The position numbers were made by a program, and so were the translations under genes. The notes under the pieces are model-generated. The model was given only the letters and a program-made list of their open reading frames with translations, did no database searches and was not told where the DNA came from. DNA of 64,000 bases. Origin: a virus. The stretch is taken from positions 1 through 64,000 of IMG/VR virus record IMGVR_UViG_3300021961_000050; one strand, given 5' to 3'. Shown here piece after piece: positions 39,601 through 49,359 of this stretch. Each line of letters begins with the position of its first letter. Within the stretch, counting starts at the first letter, position 1.

Positions 39601-42600
39601 TTGATGATGTTGATACAACTATATTTGATCTAACAAACTATCAAGAACTTAATAGTAAGATAGATGAAATAGGCACAGGTTATAGAATTTGGGTAGCAAA
39701 AAATTTCAGTCAAGAATGGGACGTTTTACGTGTTACAGAAACTGATAACAATGTTATTGGTGTAAAAAATGATCTAGACGGGTTCGTAACATTTACATTT
39801 GAACAACCACATGGTTTAGAAAAAGAAGAACTATTCTTCCTTAAACAATTTATAACAGAGTTTAATGGATTTTATCGTGCTTATAAGATTGTTGATCTTA
39901 ACAGCATCATGGTTGAGTACGCAGGTGATACTACAAACCTAACATCAATTGATGGTCGCGGCTTATTGTTTAAATTAGATAGTATGCGATTTTCCTTTAT
40001 GGAAGACAGTCGTGTGTACGGATTAACTAATCCAAAACACGGTTGGAAGATTGGTGATAAGATTTGGATTGATACTGACGCGGCAACTAGCCTTGTACAA
40101 GGTCAGCCCGTTAACACTGTACAAAATACTTGGAAAGTTTATGAAAAACAACACCCGTGGTCATTGAAATCAGGCATTTCTAAACCAGTTGGTTTGCAAT
40201 CTAATGCAGATACCTACGGTAGTTCAGTTAGAATGAGTTATGATCTGTCTACTATTGCTGTGGGTGGAGAAACTGCATCTAGATATGACGTTATCACTGA
40301 TACAACAACAGCAGGAGTTGGCGAGGTTAATCTATTTGTTAGAAACTATGACAACGAATATGAACACTCAGTGGTTATAAGTCCATCAACAGGTAATACA
40401 TACGAGTTTGGATCATTTGTTGACTTTGCTATTGATAGATTAGGTGTAGGTTCTCCAGGCAGTGAGTCAGATTTAGGTTTTGTACATATCTACAATAGAC
40501 CTGAAGGGCAGGCTGGTTGGAATATTGGTCAGGTTGTTGTAGGTAATGTTGCTTCTACAGGTGACAGATTTGGATCATCTATATCATTTGATGAATCAGG
40601 TCGTTGGTTATATGTTGGTGCTCCTGGCAATGATCTGGTCTATGTCTACGGATTAGATGAAACCATAGAACTTGAATCTGGAACGGTACTACCTGACGGT
40701 GTAGACGTTAATGTGGCAATACCATTTACTCCACAGATCACAGACGATGCAGATTCACTATTAGTTAAAAATAAAAATACCACCTTTGTTCCAAACATTG
40801 ACTATGTAGTCGATGGCGGTAATATTCAATTTAATTTTGTTCCACCAGTAATTGAACTAGACATTATCCAACAACCTTACTATGTTTATGTTGACACACT
40901 TACGGGAAATGCAAGTAGTGAGTTTGGTTACTTTATGGATTCAAGTTTAGATGGTGCACAGTTAGGTATTGGTGTACCAAATGATCCAGTGACAGTTAAC
41001 GAAACAGTTGATAAGATAAAACATGGTAGAACATATACTATTGTGTCTAATGTAAGTACAGATTTTACCACAGTTGGTGCGGCCAACAATATAGTTGGTA
41101 CAACCTTTGTTGCCAATACTACCAGTTTGGTTGGAGCATTCACAGGTGATGGAACAGTTTCTACAGTATATGCTGGTGCAGGGTCAGTACACGTTTATGA
41201 TCGTGTAATTGAGGCATTTGATAGTACTGACAGCACTGACTATGTTGTTACAGGAACCATTGGTAGAATTTATAGAGTACTAGTTGATGACATAGAAGTT
41301 GATAGAAGTAGATATTCTATTGTTGGATCTAACACTGTTAGATTTATCACACCATTGGGTGTGGGCAAAGTTGTCTATGTAGAAACTAATGAATTTAATT
41401 TGCTTGAGCTATTAACTGGTACCATAGTACAAGAAGGTGCAAGATTTGGAACAAGTCTAACAATCTGTTCTAACAACTGTGCGATCTATGTAGGTGCACC
41501 ATATTATGACAATGGCTCATCATATAACACAGGATCAGTGTTTAAATTCCATCACAGAGGAAGATTATATGGTACTAACACAGGTAGTATACAAGATCCT
41601 ACCTTTGTACCAAACGACACAATACGTTTAGATAACTTTGAAGTTAAAGTCAAACTTAGACTCAGTGAAACAGTCACAGTATCAGAAGGTGATTTTATCA
41701 CACAGTCTAGTTCAGGTGCTAATGTTACTGTTACAGCAGACTCGCCTACTGGTGGTTCAGTAACAGTTTCAATATCTGATTATAACAATGCTAATGTGTT
41801 CACACTAGGATCTGGCGTGGTTTCAATCAATGGAACACCCACAACTGCTTATCCAAGAAGAACTACACTTGACGAATGGGTAGAAGATATCAACAGTGCT
41901 AACTTATTAGGTATCACTGCTGTTAACGAACACGGATACTTTAGATTAAACTCTGATAGAACTGTGGCTAAAAATTTATTAAGAACTCTGTCAGGCAGAA
42001 ATGTAACAGGCAGTGATGGAGTATATGCTGATTCAGGTATGGCTGTATTTGCTGAAATGCAGATCATCTTAAGTACATTTAACACCCCAGGGGAATTCTT
42101 TGGTACCAATGTTATTCTAGCTCGCAACGCTTACATGTTGGTCATATCAACAGGCAAAGGTACAACTAAACGTTACATGACTTTTGATGTTAACGAAACA
42201 GTATTTGATGATGAATCCACAACATTTACTGATCAAGTCAAAGGCGGCGGCAGTGTCTATATCTATGAGTTATACGATGATCCTAGAGACGCTGTAGAAG
42301 ATCCAGGACGCTATGCCTATGCTCAACAGTTAGATCCAGAAGAACTTAATCCTGGTGATGAATTTGGTCATGCTATTGACATTGTGGGCAATTATATTAT
42401 GGCCACAGCACCCAATGATGACACCAATACATATTTAGAGCTATCAGGTAACATCACAGTAGCGGCAGGTGATGTTATCACTCAACCAACAGCTGGCCTT
42501 GATGAATTTACCGCTTACTACAGTGTTGAAGAAGGAAATCGTATAGGTATAATCAACTATAGTAGTCAACAGATACTAACTGGTTCGTCAGACACATTAT

Positions 42601-45600
42601 ATGTTAATGGTGTAGACAGTGGGGTTTATCCTACAGATATATCAGATAATACAGGTAAAGTCTATCTATTTGAAAATCTAACAGGTGGTCGTGGTTGGAA
42701 ATTAATTAGTTATGAAACACCTAAGGTGGATATAGATTCTATCAATCGTATGTATATGTACGACAAGGTTTCAAATACTATTCTAGCTAACATGGAATTT
42801 ATTGATCCTGTTAAAGGTAAAATAATGGGTCAAGCTGAACAAGAAATTAGCTATAAAACAGAATATGACCCAGCTGTCTATAACATGGGCAGTAGAAGAT
42901 ACAATGGTGATTTACATTGGGGAGCAGAACAGGTTGGTCGTGTTTGGTGGAATCTGAACAAGGTTAGATTCTTAGATTATGAACAAGGTTCATTGACCTA
43001 TAGAAGTATTAATTGGGGTCGTTTCTTCCCAGGATCAGTAATTGAAGTTGCTGAATGGGTTGAAAGTACAGTACCACCAAGTCAATATGATATTGTGGTT
43101 AACGATGGAACTCCATTGTATCCAGATGACAGTGCTTATGTTCGCACAATCTATGTAGATACATCTGGAGTTATTACTAACAAATATTATTATTGGGTAA
43201 TTAACAAACCAAGTTTAGATAAAGTAAACTCAGACAGAAAATTACCAGTGACTACAATTAAAACCTTAATTGAAAATCCAAAAAGTTCTGGAGTACCTTA
43301 TGCGGCTGTGATTCACAATCAAGCTCTGATAGTGTACAATGCGTCAAACTATCTATCAGCTTCGGATACAGTGTTACACGTTGATTATGAATTAATCAAA
43401 AATTCAAATATTATTCACAGTGAGTATGAGTTAGTACAGAAAAACAATGGACAAAGTAGAGTTGCTCCAAAAGTCATTGATAAGATGATTGACAGTCTTG
43501 CAGGACTTGATATTCTTGGTCGTGTGGTTCCTGATCCAAAACTTAGTGTTGCAGACAGATACGGTATCAGCGTAAGACCTAGACAGTCAATGTTCAAAGA
43601 TAGATTTGAAGCCATGAAGAATTTAGTTGGCTACGTTAATAATATTTTTGCAAGTAATCCTATAGCAAAACAATATAGACTTGATAGACTATTAGATAAA
43701 GAAAAAGAACCAAACTTTAAATTAAATGAGTATAATCAACGAGTTGACTCTGATGAAGAATTAACTTACATAGACACAGAAGTATTAAATCCTGGGTATA
43801 AAGTTCTAGTTACCAGCAGTGTACAAAATGATGGCCTATGGACATTAAATGAGCTCAGCGAAGATAAAGAATGGATTTTAGTTCGCATTCAAAGTTATGA
43901 CACCACACTCTATTGGGAATATCAAGATTGGTATGCTAAAGGTTACGATCAAAATACCAAGACAACCTACGTTGCGGAATCTAACGTAGAAGCACTGAAA
44001 TTATCATATGGTGTAGGTGACGTTATTAGAATAGCTAACTCAGGCAACGGTGAATGGCAAATGGTTGTTGTTAATTCCAGCTCTGAGTTTGAATTAGTTG
44101 GTATACAAAATGGTACAATTAAACTGTTAGACATTTTGGCAGACTTTACAGATACCAATCTTGGTTTTGGTAATTCAGGGTATGATCTTGGTCGCTATGC
44201 ACAGAGCCCAAACATTGAAATTAGAAATATTCTAAATGCTCTACGTTACGATATTTTTACAGGTACACTAACAGACGAAACTAACAAGTTATTCTTTGTT
44301 ATGATGAACTATGCTCTTAGTGAGCAGAAATATATTGATTGGATATTCAAAACCAGTTTTGTTAGTATAGCACATAGATTAAGAAATCTTGATCAGTTAC
44401 CTAACTATATCAGAGATAATCAAAGTTATTATCAAGACTACATCAATGAAGTAAAACCTTATAAAACTAAGATTAGAGAATATCTTGTATCATATGACAG
44501 CTTTGATCAATTTGAAGGTTCAGTAACTGATTTTGATCTGCCAGCATATTATGACACACAAGACAGACTGTTTAGATCTCCAAGTGGAGAACAAGCAGAA
44601 AAAGATTCTCAACTTTGGCAACAAGATCAGTATTCACAATGGTATGGTAACAGAACACTGTTCATTGAAAGTATTCTTGTAGAAGATGGTGGAAGTGATT
44701 ACACAGAAATACCTACAGTTACTATTGTTGGTAATGGATCAGGAGCAGAAGCTCATGCAGTTATCAATGGTGATACTGGTGCTATTACCAGCATTGTTGT
44801 TGATAAGCCAGGAAGTGGATACACATTTACTCCTACTGTGATCATCAATGGTAATGGTACAGGAGCCAAGGCCTATGCAGTACTTAAAAATACTCAAGTA
44901 CGAGGCATTTCAACCACAATGAAATTTGATAGAATTACTTATTCATCAACTGTTCAGGAATGGGCTACAAATTCCTACTACAATGAAGGTGACATAGTAA
45001 GTTATCAAGGACAAGGATATCGTGTTCTGGCAAATATTACCACTGGATTAGTATTCACAAGCAGTGACTATGAATTATATTCATCTGAATTGTTTACTAA
45101 TGCCAATGACCGTATTATGGCTTACTATGACCCACAAAACGGTCAACCTGCCAAAGACTTAAAATTATTAGTTCCAGGGGTTGAATATCCTGGAGTTCAA
45201 GTTACAGGTCTTCCATTTACTAGACAGCCTGGATTCAATGGATCAGCTCTGGCAAATTTAATAGTGAATTCAAGTGTAACAGTGGCCATTGGTGATGTGA
45301 TTACTCAAACAGTACCTGATGTTGCTCTTTATCTATCTAGTTCTGTAAGTGTTACTGAGGGCGATTTCCTAACCCAAGGTAATGCTAATATCACAGTGTT
45401 AACTACTAGTTCAGATACCATGGAGATATTTGGTAATTACAACTCAGTTGTTGAGTTTGATGTAGAAGAAACAGCTAATGTATTCATTAATGGTGTAGAA
45501 CAAGAAATTACTACATTTGATTATTATTCTACAACTTGGAGTAATGTTGGTATTACTACTGCTAACATTATGACTCTGTCAGAACCAATGCTAACTGTTT

Positions 45601-47159
45601 CATCAGCATCTAGTGGACTAATAATTGTTGGTATATTAGACAGCACTGCTGATTTTGAAACCGGTACTAATATTAAGATCAATGGATCTGAAGTAGCATC
45701 TGAATTTGTAGATATTGAATATAGATCATTGATTACAGATACACCATACGATTCAACAACCTACGACGCTGTAGAATATGACGAAGATGGTAATCCAATT
45801 TTGTCTACTGCTACAGTAGATACTGTGATTAGAAGTACCTATGCCGACACAGCTTTGGGAACCCGTCCAGAAGATATTGATGTTGTAGGCGGAGCCTACG
45901 TAGACACATACTCAAGTCATGCACCTGAAGAACTAATTCCGGGTGTAATGTTTGAAACACTTGATATGAAAATTTACACCAACCTAGCAAGTAGTGGAAA
46001 TGTTGATATTGCTGGTTATAGAATATTCTACAACATGAGGGGTGAAGAAACATATCTAAGAATTTCTGATAGTTATACTACCATGTTAACACAGGAACTA
46101 GCATTAACAGACACAGTGATACATGTTGGTGATGCATCTAAAATGCCAGCACCAAATCCAGCTGGTGCTATTCCTGGCGCAGTCTTTATCAATGGTGAGA
46201 GAATTACTTACTTTGTAAGAGATTTAACAAACAATACACTAGGTCAGATTAGAAGAGGCACTTGGGGAACAGGTGCTCCTGAACTACATCCATATGGTAC
46301 TTACGTTGTTGATGGCGGACTTGATCAAATAGTACCTGGTGTTGAAATTGGTAATGTAGAAATTACTGCTAATACATCATTGACAGCAACTACTACAAAA
46401 ACACATAAATTTAGAGTTTTAGGAAATCTAACTGTTGATCCTGGAGACTTTATCACTGTGCCTGCTAGTGGATCTAATGTAATGGTTGTAGGTAAGAGTT
46501 TTGATGAAGAAGAAGTGATAGACATTGTAAAAATTACAGAACCACCAACACTTGATGAATTTGCAACTGTTGAAATAGTACTCAGTGCTGAAACAACCAT
46601 CTATGGACCAACGGCCTACTTTACAGAAGAAACTACAGGTGCTAACGTATTGGTATTTAATCCAGGAAGTCGCACAGACACTTTCCAAGGAAAATATGCC
46701 CCATTGAACCCTACTGGTACAGAATCATTGGTTGCCAATGTTGGTAATATATTAATCAACGGTGTAGATTCAGGACTAACTGCTGTCAGTGTAGACGAAA
46801 TACCACCAGTTGGTTATGAAATTGAAGTTAATGGGTCTAGTTTATCATCCAATGTTTACGCTCTTGCAGTGTCATTGTCAGGTGACGTTGGAGTGCATCA
46901 AGTTAGAACTGATGGTGAAGTAAATGTCTACGTTGGTAATGTTTTCCAAACTGCTAATGCCTTAAGTTGGTACAATGCTGGTGATGGGGTGTACACAACT
47001 ACAGATGGTACAGGATTAGAAGGGTCAACAACAATGGCCGCTGAATTTATTAAGGAACAACCTGCAATCTTTAATCAAGGTCTGGTGTTAGAAAGAACGG
47101 TAAATATATTTGACAATCCATTGATTACTGAAGACAGTGAGATAATTATTGAGGAATAG
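33612..47159 (+). CDS. Giant (4515 aa) baseplate/virion structural protein with propeller and carbohydrate-binding-like modules
   Basis: Single ORF after gp6 (gp7 position). FG-GAP-like repeats (FGSSISFDESGRWLYVGAPGND), two CBM5/12-like motifs (WNSGKDYLKGDIVKY, WATNSYYNEGDIVSYQG) and GSDYTEIPTVTI/GSGYTFTPTVII repeats. Confidence 0.75.
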   Translation: MAVRKTLNLLPGIFRTDTNEKFLSATIDQLVSEPNLTRVHGYIGRKFAPTYKKGDSYVTESSFNRQNYQLEPSIVVKDKEDNVEFFSSYIDLINQIKYYGGITNNHNRLFDNEYYTFDPHISLDKLINFTQYYWLPNGPDPVNVSTEGVDLTKTFTVTRDASTNQYIFDDNGTITNNITLARGGSYEFVLDQTGNPFWIQTELGVDGKLNSTPTISSRSVLGVTNNGADSGTVTFNVPQSNAQDRFIKMASVYNVDYATPLAYSELHNRYLSSFLEEYPQYAGITGNLDGKTLIFIDVETLINLGEPAWTAPTVINPDGNPEPTLDAGVIVPDADRYGVWKVVFSSGGINDPIIRLVPVQSVDINEKVFIRYGVLNANKEYYKDYDGFFHEVPLLSSTKNTLYIQDENDTEIYKSIKIVEPTGWSIDVDNDILGKKTYTSPNGIVFTSGLKIRFGTDVTPSTYADKEYYVENVGDSIRLVDVELMVTPETYLDELALNYPDEIFPDYITIVRGSIDLNAWSRNNRWFHQDIIIATAGYNNTPIELDQNARAKRPIVQFESNLKLLNYGTIGKRQINILDTTTADAFNELEGKTYTIAVGTELFDGMRILFAADNDPLVRDKIYVINLVQYEADPVTGLPTGDYHIKLTIADDGDADVNDSVVVTDGPYKGSQWWYDGNQWYEAQQKTGLNQAPLFDVFDLNDNSLTTYSRSTFAGSKIFGYKVNTANTADPILGFGLSYRSFTTQGDIEFTNFFDTDTFEYTNGQDVIVDSIAQGFLHKITGRETYLIKNVWQTVVEPSKQYQLIEFTYDEYNYPFVLDITPRAEQTTPNVKVFLNNQLLKSTQWTLSSNRELTLTPTLNAGDKIIVAVFSDQVSKLGHYEVPSNLNLNAQNIDLDTLTLGQMRNHLVALSENSKELDGNVLGASNLRDIELKAQGGNILQHSAPVPYSALFLLDKEANFVNSVRLAQQEYSKFKYKFLELSSTLSGVDPTDPVATVDLILTEINKIKNATFPWYYSDMVPYGPLKTIVADVGYTIFDPLVRSYEIINVFNNRLLSNQAILVYLNGVQLVIDKDYYFNQDRPAVTINETVTLEVDDILTIVEYSNTDGNYIPETPTKLGLYPKFIPEVFEDDTYRTPVIVIRGHDGSLTPAFGDYRDDVLLELEKRIYNNIKVPMQLSFEDIYNVLPGRFRDNDYTINEANRILSKGFLNWIGNNKIDFSENVTFKNNDAFTWNYSGVPDRLDGSDLPGSWRACYQYFYDTDAPNTRPWEMLGFSIKPDWWEGYYGPAPYTGGNALLWEDLEQGRIVDGDRAGIDPLFARPGLTTIIPVDANGGLIPPSSILCRNLRASSASKSWTIGEQGPAEIAWRRSSEFPYAVQIAMALAKPGKYFGLNIDIDDYRKNNELGQFINSNSHHIRQTDVSYNGYLNSENSIYRTASYLNWIADQLINLGIDPSARLSLLVQRYQVQLAYKMAGFSDHRFLQVLAEQSSPSSTNESIVIPDENYDIHLYKSTPVDRLVYSAVIVEKTDSGYTVKGYDVSNPYFTIIPSVVNSNARKIKVLDKEGVVYLDYQPIKLTVPYGYEFKTLQQTVDFLISYERYLMSQGFTFNKIEEELGEIKNWKLSVKELLFWAQQGWNSGSILVLSPISNSIAVSTIGAIVDEVSDRQYESRVVDQNFKLIKRNKYNITRSPEEFTLTLTDANSIVGYIELNLVQYEHTLIFDNSTVFNDIIYKPELGSRQYRLKLIGQKTGDWNGSMYAPGFIYGSAVTQTWNSGKDYLKGDIVKYKDQLFVALNNVPATAEFDFTKWKLSDAGQFNKGLLTNFSSNATRSKSYYDSKGYFQDQNQLQYSHGLIGFKPRQYLSDIGLDESTQIEFYKGYIKQKGTANSIEALTNAQFSNLDSQINFYEEWAIRVGEYGALDTNPYIEIVLDEKEFGVNPARAEFLTAEDAGLADGLTKFSKTELYRTAESFSGYIALNRTDESDYDNDIPTAGYVNIDDVDTTIFDLTNYQELNSKIDEIGTGYRIWVAKNFSQEWDVLRVTETDNNVIGVKNDLDGFVTFTFEQPHGLEKEELFFLKQFITEFNGFYRAYKIVDLNSIMVEYAGDTTNLTSIDGRGLLFKLDSMRFSFMEDSRVYGLTNPKHGWKIGDKIWIDTDAATSLVQGQPVNTVQNTWKVYEKQHPWSLKSGISKPVGLQSNADTYGSSVRMSYDLSTIAVGGETASRYDVITDTTTAGVGEVNLFVRNYDNEYEHSVVISPSTGNTYEFGSFVDFAIDRLGVGSPGSESDLGFVHIYNRPEGQAGWNIGQVVVGNVASTGDRFGSSISFDESGRWLYVGAPGNDLVYVYGLDETIELESGTVLPDGVDVNVAIPFTPQITDDADSLLVKNKNTTFVPNIDYVVDGGNIQFNFVPPVIELDIIQQPYYVYVDTLTGNASSEFGYFMDSSLDGAQLGIGVPNDPVTVNETVDKIKHGRTYTIVSNVSTDFTTVGAANNIVGTTFVANTTSLVGAFTGDGTVSTVYAGAGSVHVYDRVIEAFDSTDSTDYVVTGTIGRIYRVLVDDIEVDRSRYSIVGSNTVRFITPLGVGKVVYVETNEFNLLELLTGTIVQEGARFGTSLTICSNNCAIYVGAPYYDNGSSYNTGSVFKFHHRGRLYGTNTGSIQDPTFVPNDTIRLDNFEVKVKLRLSETVTVSEGDFITQSSSGANVTVTADSPTGGSVTVSISDYNNANVFTLGSGVVSINGTPTTAYPRRTTLDEWVEDINSANLLGITAVNEHGYFRLNSDRTVAKNLLRTLSGRNVTGSDGVYADSGMAVFAEMQIILSTFNTPGEFFGTNVILARNAYMLVISTGKGTTKRYMTFDVNETVFDDESTTFTDQVKGGGSVYIYELYDDPRDAVEDPGRYAYAQQLDPEELNPGDEFGHAIDIVGNYIMATAPNDDTNTYLELSGNITVAAGDVITQPTAGLDEFTAYYSVEEGNRIGIINYSSQQILTGSSDTLYVNGVDSGVYPTDISDNTGKVYLFENLTGGRGWKLISYETPKVDIDSINRMYMYDKVSNTILANMEFIDPVKGKIMGQAEQEISYKTEYDPAVYNMGSRRYNGDLHWGAEQVGRVWWNLNKVRFLDYEQGSLTYRSINWGRFFPGSVIEVAEWVESTVPPSQYDIVVNDGTPLYPDDSAYVRTIYVDTSGVITNKYYYWVINKPSLDKVNSDRKLPVTTIKTLIENPKSSGVPYAAVIHNQALIVYNASNYLSASDTVLHVDYELIKNSNIIHSEYELVQKNNGQSRVAPKVIDKMIDSLAGLDILGRVVPDPKLSVADRYGISVRPRQSMFKDRFEAMKNLVGYVNNIFASNPIAKQYRLDRLLDKEKEPNFKLNEYNQRVDSDEELTYIDTEVLNPGYKVLVTSSVQNDGLWTLNELSEDKEWILVRIQSYDTTLYWEYQDWYAKGYDQNTKTTYVAESNVEALKLSYGVGDVIRIANSGNGEWQMVVVNSSSEFELVGIQNGTIKLLDILADFTDTNLGFGNSGYDLGRYAQSPNIEIRNILNALRYDIFTGTLTDETNKLFFVMMNYALSEQKYIDWIFKTSFVSIAHRLRNLDQLPNYIRDNQSYYQDYINEVKPYKTKIREYLVSYDSFDQFEGSVTDFDLPAYYDTQDRLFRSPSGEQAEKDSQLWQQDQYSQWYGNRTLFIESILVEDGGSDYTEIPTVTIVGNGSGAEAHAVINGDTGAITSIVVDKPGSGYTFTPTVIINGNGTGAKAYAVLKNTQVRGISTTMKFDRITYSSTVQEWATNSYYNEGDIVSYQGQGYRVLANITTGLVFTSSDYELYSSELFTNANDRIMAYYDPQNGQPAKDLKLLVPGVEYPGVQVTGLPFTRQPGFNGSALANLIVNSSVTVAIGDVITQTVPDVALYLSSSVSVTEGDFLTQGNANITVLTTSSDTMEIFGNYNSVVEFDVEETANVFINGVEQEITTFDYYSTTWSNVGITTANIMTLSEPMLTVSSASSGLIIVGILDSTADFETGTNIKINGSEVASEFVDIEYRSLITDTPYDSTTYDAVEYDEDGNPILSTATVDTVIRSTYADTALGTRPEDIDVVGGAYVDTYSSHAPEELIPGVMFETLDMKIYTNLASSGNVDIAGYRIFYNMRGEETYLRISDSYTTMLTQELALTDTVIHVGDASKMPAPNPAGAIPGAVFINGERITYFVRDLTNNTLGQIRRGTWGTGAPELHPYGTYVVDGGLDQIVPGVEIGNVEITANTSLTATTTKTHKFRVLGNLTVDPGDFITVPASGSNVMVVGKSFDEEEVIDIVKITEPPTLDEFATVEIVLSAETTIYGPTAYFTEETTGANVLVFNPGSRTDTFQGKYAPLNPTGTESLVANVGNILINGVDSGLTAVSVDEIPPVGYEIEVNGSSLSSNVYALAVSLSGDVGVHQVRTDGEVNVYVGNVFQTANALSWYNAGDGVYTTTDGTGLEGSTTMAAEFIKEQPAIFNQGLVLERTVNIFDNPLITEDSEIIIEE

Positions 47160-47161
47160 AA

Positions 47162-48640
47162 ATGACTATTAAGATTAGCCAACTTGGAAATTTGACTACA
47201 TTTACAGATACTACCTATGTGGTAGCAGTTAATACTGCCGCCACGTTTACCACTGTAAAATCAACTGGATTGGTTCTAAAAGATTATGTATTAGGTGATT
47301 TACCAGATCAAGTTGCTAATTTAGAAAGTAACAGTACTACTTTTACTTCTAATATATCAACAATAGAATCAGACGTTGCTAATTTAGAATCGTCAATGAC
47401 TTCTGTAGAAGGTGATATTGTCGCTATACAGTCTGACATATCAACCATAGAAGGTAATATTGCTTCGTTAGAAGCCAATGCGGCCGCTCAAGCAGAATTA
47501 ATCAGTAACTTAGATACATTAGATCTAGCAAACGTAGAGGCCAATGTGGCCACATTACAAAGTGATGTTAATGATTTAGAAAGTAATGTTACTATACTAC
47601 AAGGTGATGTAGCATCCTTAACAGATGGTTCAACAACATTTGGTAATGTTGTTCCTACTGCTAACGTGTCATATGACCTAGGCAGTCCAACTGCGATGTG
47701 GAAAGATCTATATCTCAGTGGTAATACAGTTTACCTAGGTGGAGCTACATTAAGTTTTGATGGATACAGTGTCACAGTTGATCAACCATTATTGTCACTT
47801 TCTGGATCACAGTCATTTGGTATAACCACAGTTGAATCACTACACATTGATCAACAGGGATATGGATTTAGTGGCAACGGAAGAGTGGCTATTTCCACTG
47901 GTGCACTAGGCGACCCTTGGGGTGAAGGTGCATTAGTTGTTGAAACTAACAATCTTGAAGGCAACGGCATCGTGCCAAGTAATCCTGATCAATATACATT
48001 AGGTACCATTGATATTCCATGGCGCGATATCTACACAGGTAATTTAACCGTTGGTACTCCAACAACATTGGGAACATCAACAATACAGTTTCCAAACAAC
48101 GGTGCAATACTTGAAGGTAATCTAGGTGTTTATCCATCAACTTTTGTTAGAGCACCTGATAATGGTACAGCATTATTAACAGCCAGTTACACTGGAAATG
48201 TTAGTTTAAACAATTTTGTTGAATTAGGGGACACTGCTAATATAGGATTATATGGTGCAGGTGACGTGATACATAACTGGCAGTTTGATACAAGTGGATT
48301 AACATGGCCAGATGGTACAGTACAAACAACAGCCTCTCCAATGGTAAGACCTGTACTTACAGACAATGCTGGTAACTGGAGCACATTAACAGATGTGGAT
48401 CCTGATACGTATTGTGGATTAAATCTTGTGGATCCTCCGACGGCAACTGCTTTGGTAAATTTATTAGACGGCTCATATAACGGACAGACGTTTTTTGTTG
48501 TAAAAAATAATTCAGGAGGCAGTCAATTACTAATAACAATGACTACTTGGGATACTAGCACTAATTCTGTAGCTGTACTGAATAATATGGGTGAAGGAAA
48601 TTTTGTTTGGCAGGGTTCGTACTGGGTTAGATTGCCTTAG
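47162..48640 (+). CDS. Fibre protein with heptad coiled-coil stalk
   Basis: MTIKISQL start, ~110 aa of VANLES-type heptads, YDLGSPTAMWKDLYLSG and GLTWPDGTVQTTA fibre motifs. Confidence 0.65.
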   Translation: MTIKISQLGNLTTFTDTTYVVAVNTAATFTTVKSTGLVLKDYVLGDLPDQVANLESNSTTFTSNISTIESDVANLESSMTSVEGDIVAIQSDISTIEGNIASLEANAAAQAELISNLDTLDLANVEANVATLQSDVNDLESNVTILQGDVASLTDGSTTFGNVVPTANVSYDLGSPTAMWKDLYLSGNTVYLGGATLSFDGYSVTVDQPLLSLSGSQSFGITTVESLHIDQQGYGFSGNGRVAISTGALGDPWGEGALVVETNNLEGNGIVPSNPDQYTLGTIDIPWRDIYTGNLTVGTPTTLGTSTIQFPNNGAILEGNLGVYPSTFVRAPDNGTALLTASYTGNVSLNNFVELGDTANIGLYGAGDVIHNWQFDTSGLTWPDGTVQTTASPMVRPVLTDNAGNWSTLTDVDPDTYCGLNLVDPPTATALVNLLDGSYNGQTFFVVKNNSGGSQLLITMTTWDTSTNSVAVLNNMGEGNFVWQGSYWVRLP

Positions 48641-48667
48641 ATTGGTATAATATTAACAGAATAAATT

Positions 48668-49345
48668 ATGAATACAAATGCGATAAATAACAATATGGAT
48701 AACAAAATGCAAGAAAATCAACCTAAACGAGTGCCTGATGAGCAGGGCGGAATACAGGTTCAAGGTCATATTAAAATATTTGACCCAGAAACCAAAGAAG
48801 TATTCGTAGACAAACGCAACGCTATTCACTATGAAAACATGAGTGAAGCGATTGCCTACAGTCTTGCCAATAAAGCCACAAACTTTATTACAGAAATGCA
48901 CTTTGGTAATGGAGGCACCACAGTTGACCCAACTGGTGTTATTACCTACTTGCCTACTAATACTAATGTACAGAATGCAGACTTGTATAATCCGCAGTAT
49001 TCAAAAATTGTTGATGATACCAATGCGGCAAACAGCGATCCATTAAGAAATAAAATGTCAATTACGCATGTTCCTGGACAGATATACAGTGATATCGTTG
49101 TAACCTGTCTATTAGATTATGGTGAACCCAGTGGACAAGCAGTTTTCGATAATAGTCAAGACCTAAACGGTACTTTTGTTTTTGATGAACTTGGTCTTAA
49201 AGGCTATGACAGCTCAACTGGTGAAGCTGGAAAATTGTTAACACACGTGATTTTTAGTCCAGTACAAAAATCACTAAACAGATTAATACAAATTGATTAC
49301 ACAGTAAGAATTCAAACTTTAACATATTTGAGTTCTACAACATAA
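48668..49345 (+). CDS. Conserved baseplate/tail-associated protein
   Basis: GHIKIFDP..NAIHYEN, FVFDELGL and LLTHVIFSPVQKSLNRLIQIDYTVRIQ. The true start may be ATG 48695, after an ATAAATA motif. Confidence 0.55.
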   Translation: MNTNAINNNMDNKMQENQPKRVPDEQGGIQVQGHIKIFDPETKEVFVDKRNAIHYENMSEAIAYSLANKATNFITEMHFGNGGTTVDPTGVITYLPTNTNVQNADLYNPQYSKIVDDTNAANSDPLRNKMSITHVPGQIYSDIVVTCLLDYGEPSGQAVFDNSQDLNGTFVFDELGLKGYDSSTGEAGKLLTHVIFSPVQKSLNRLIQIDYTVRIQTLTYLSSTT

Positions 49346-49359
49346 TTTAGGATAATAAC

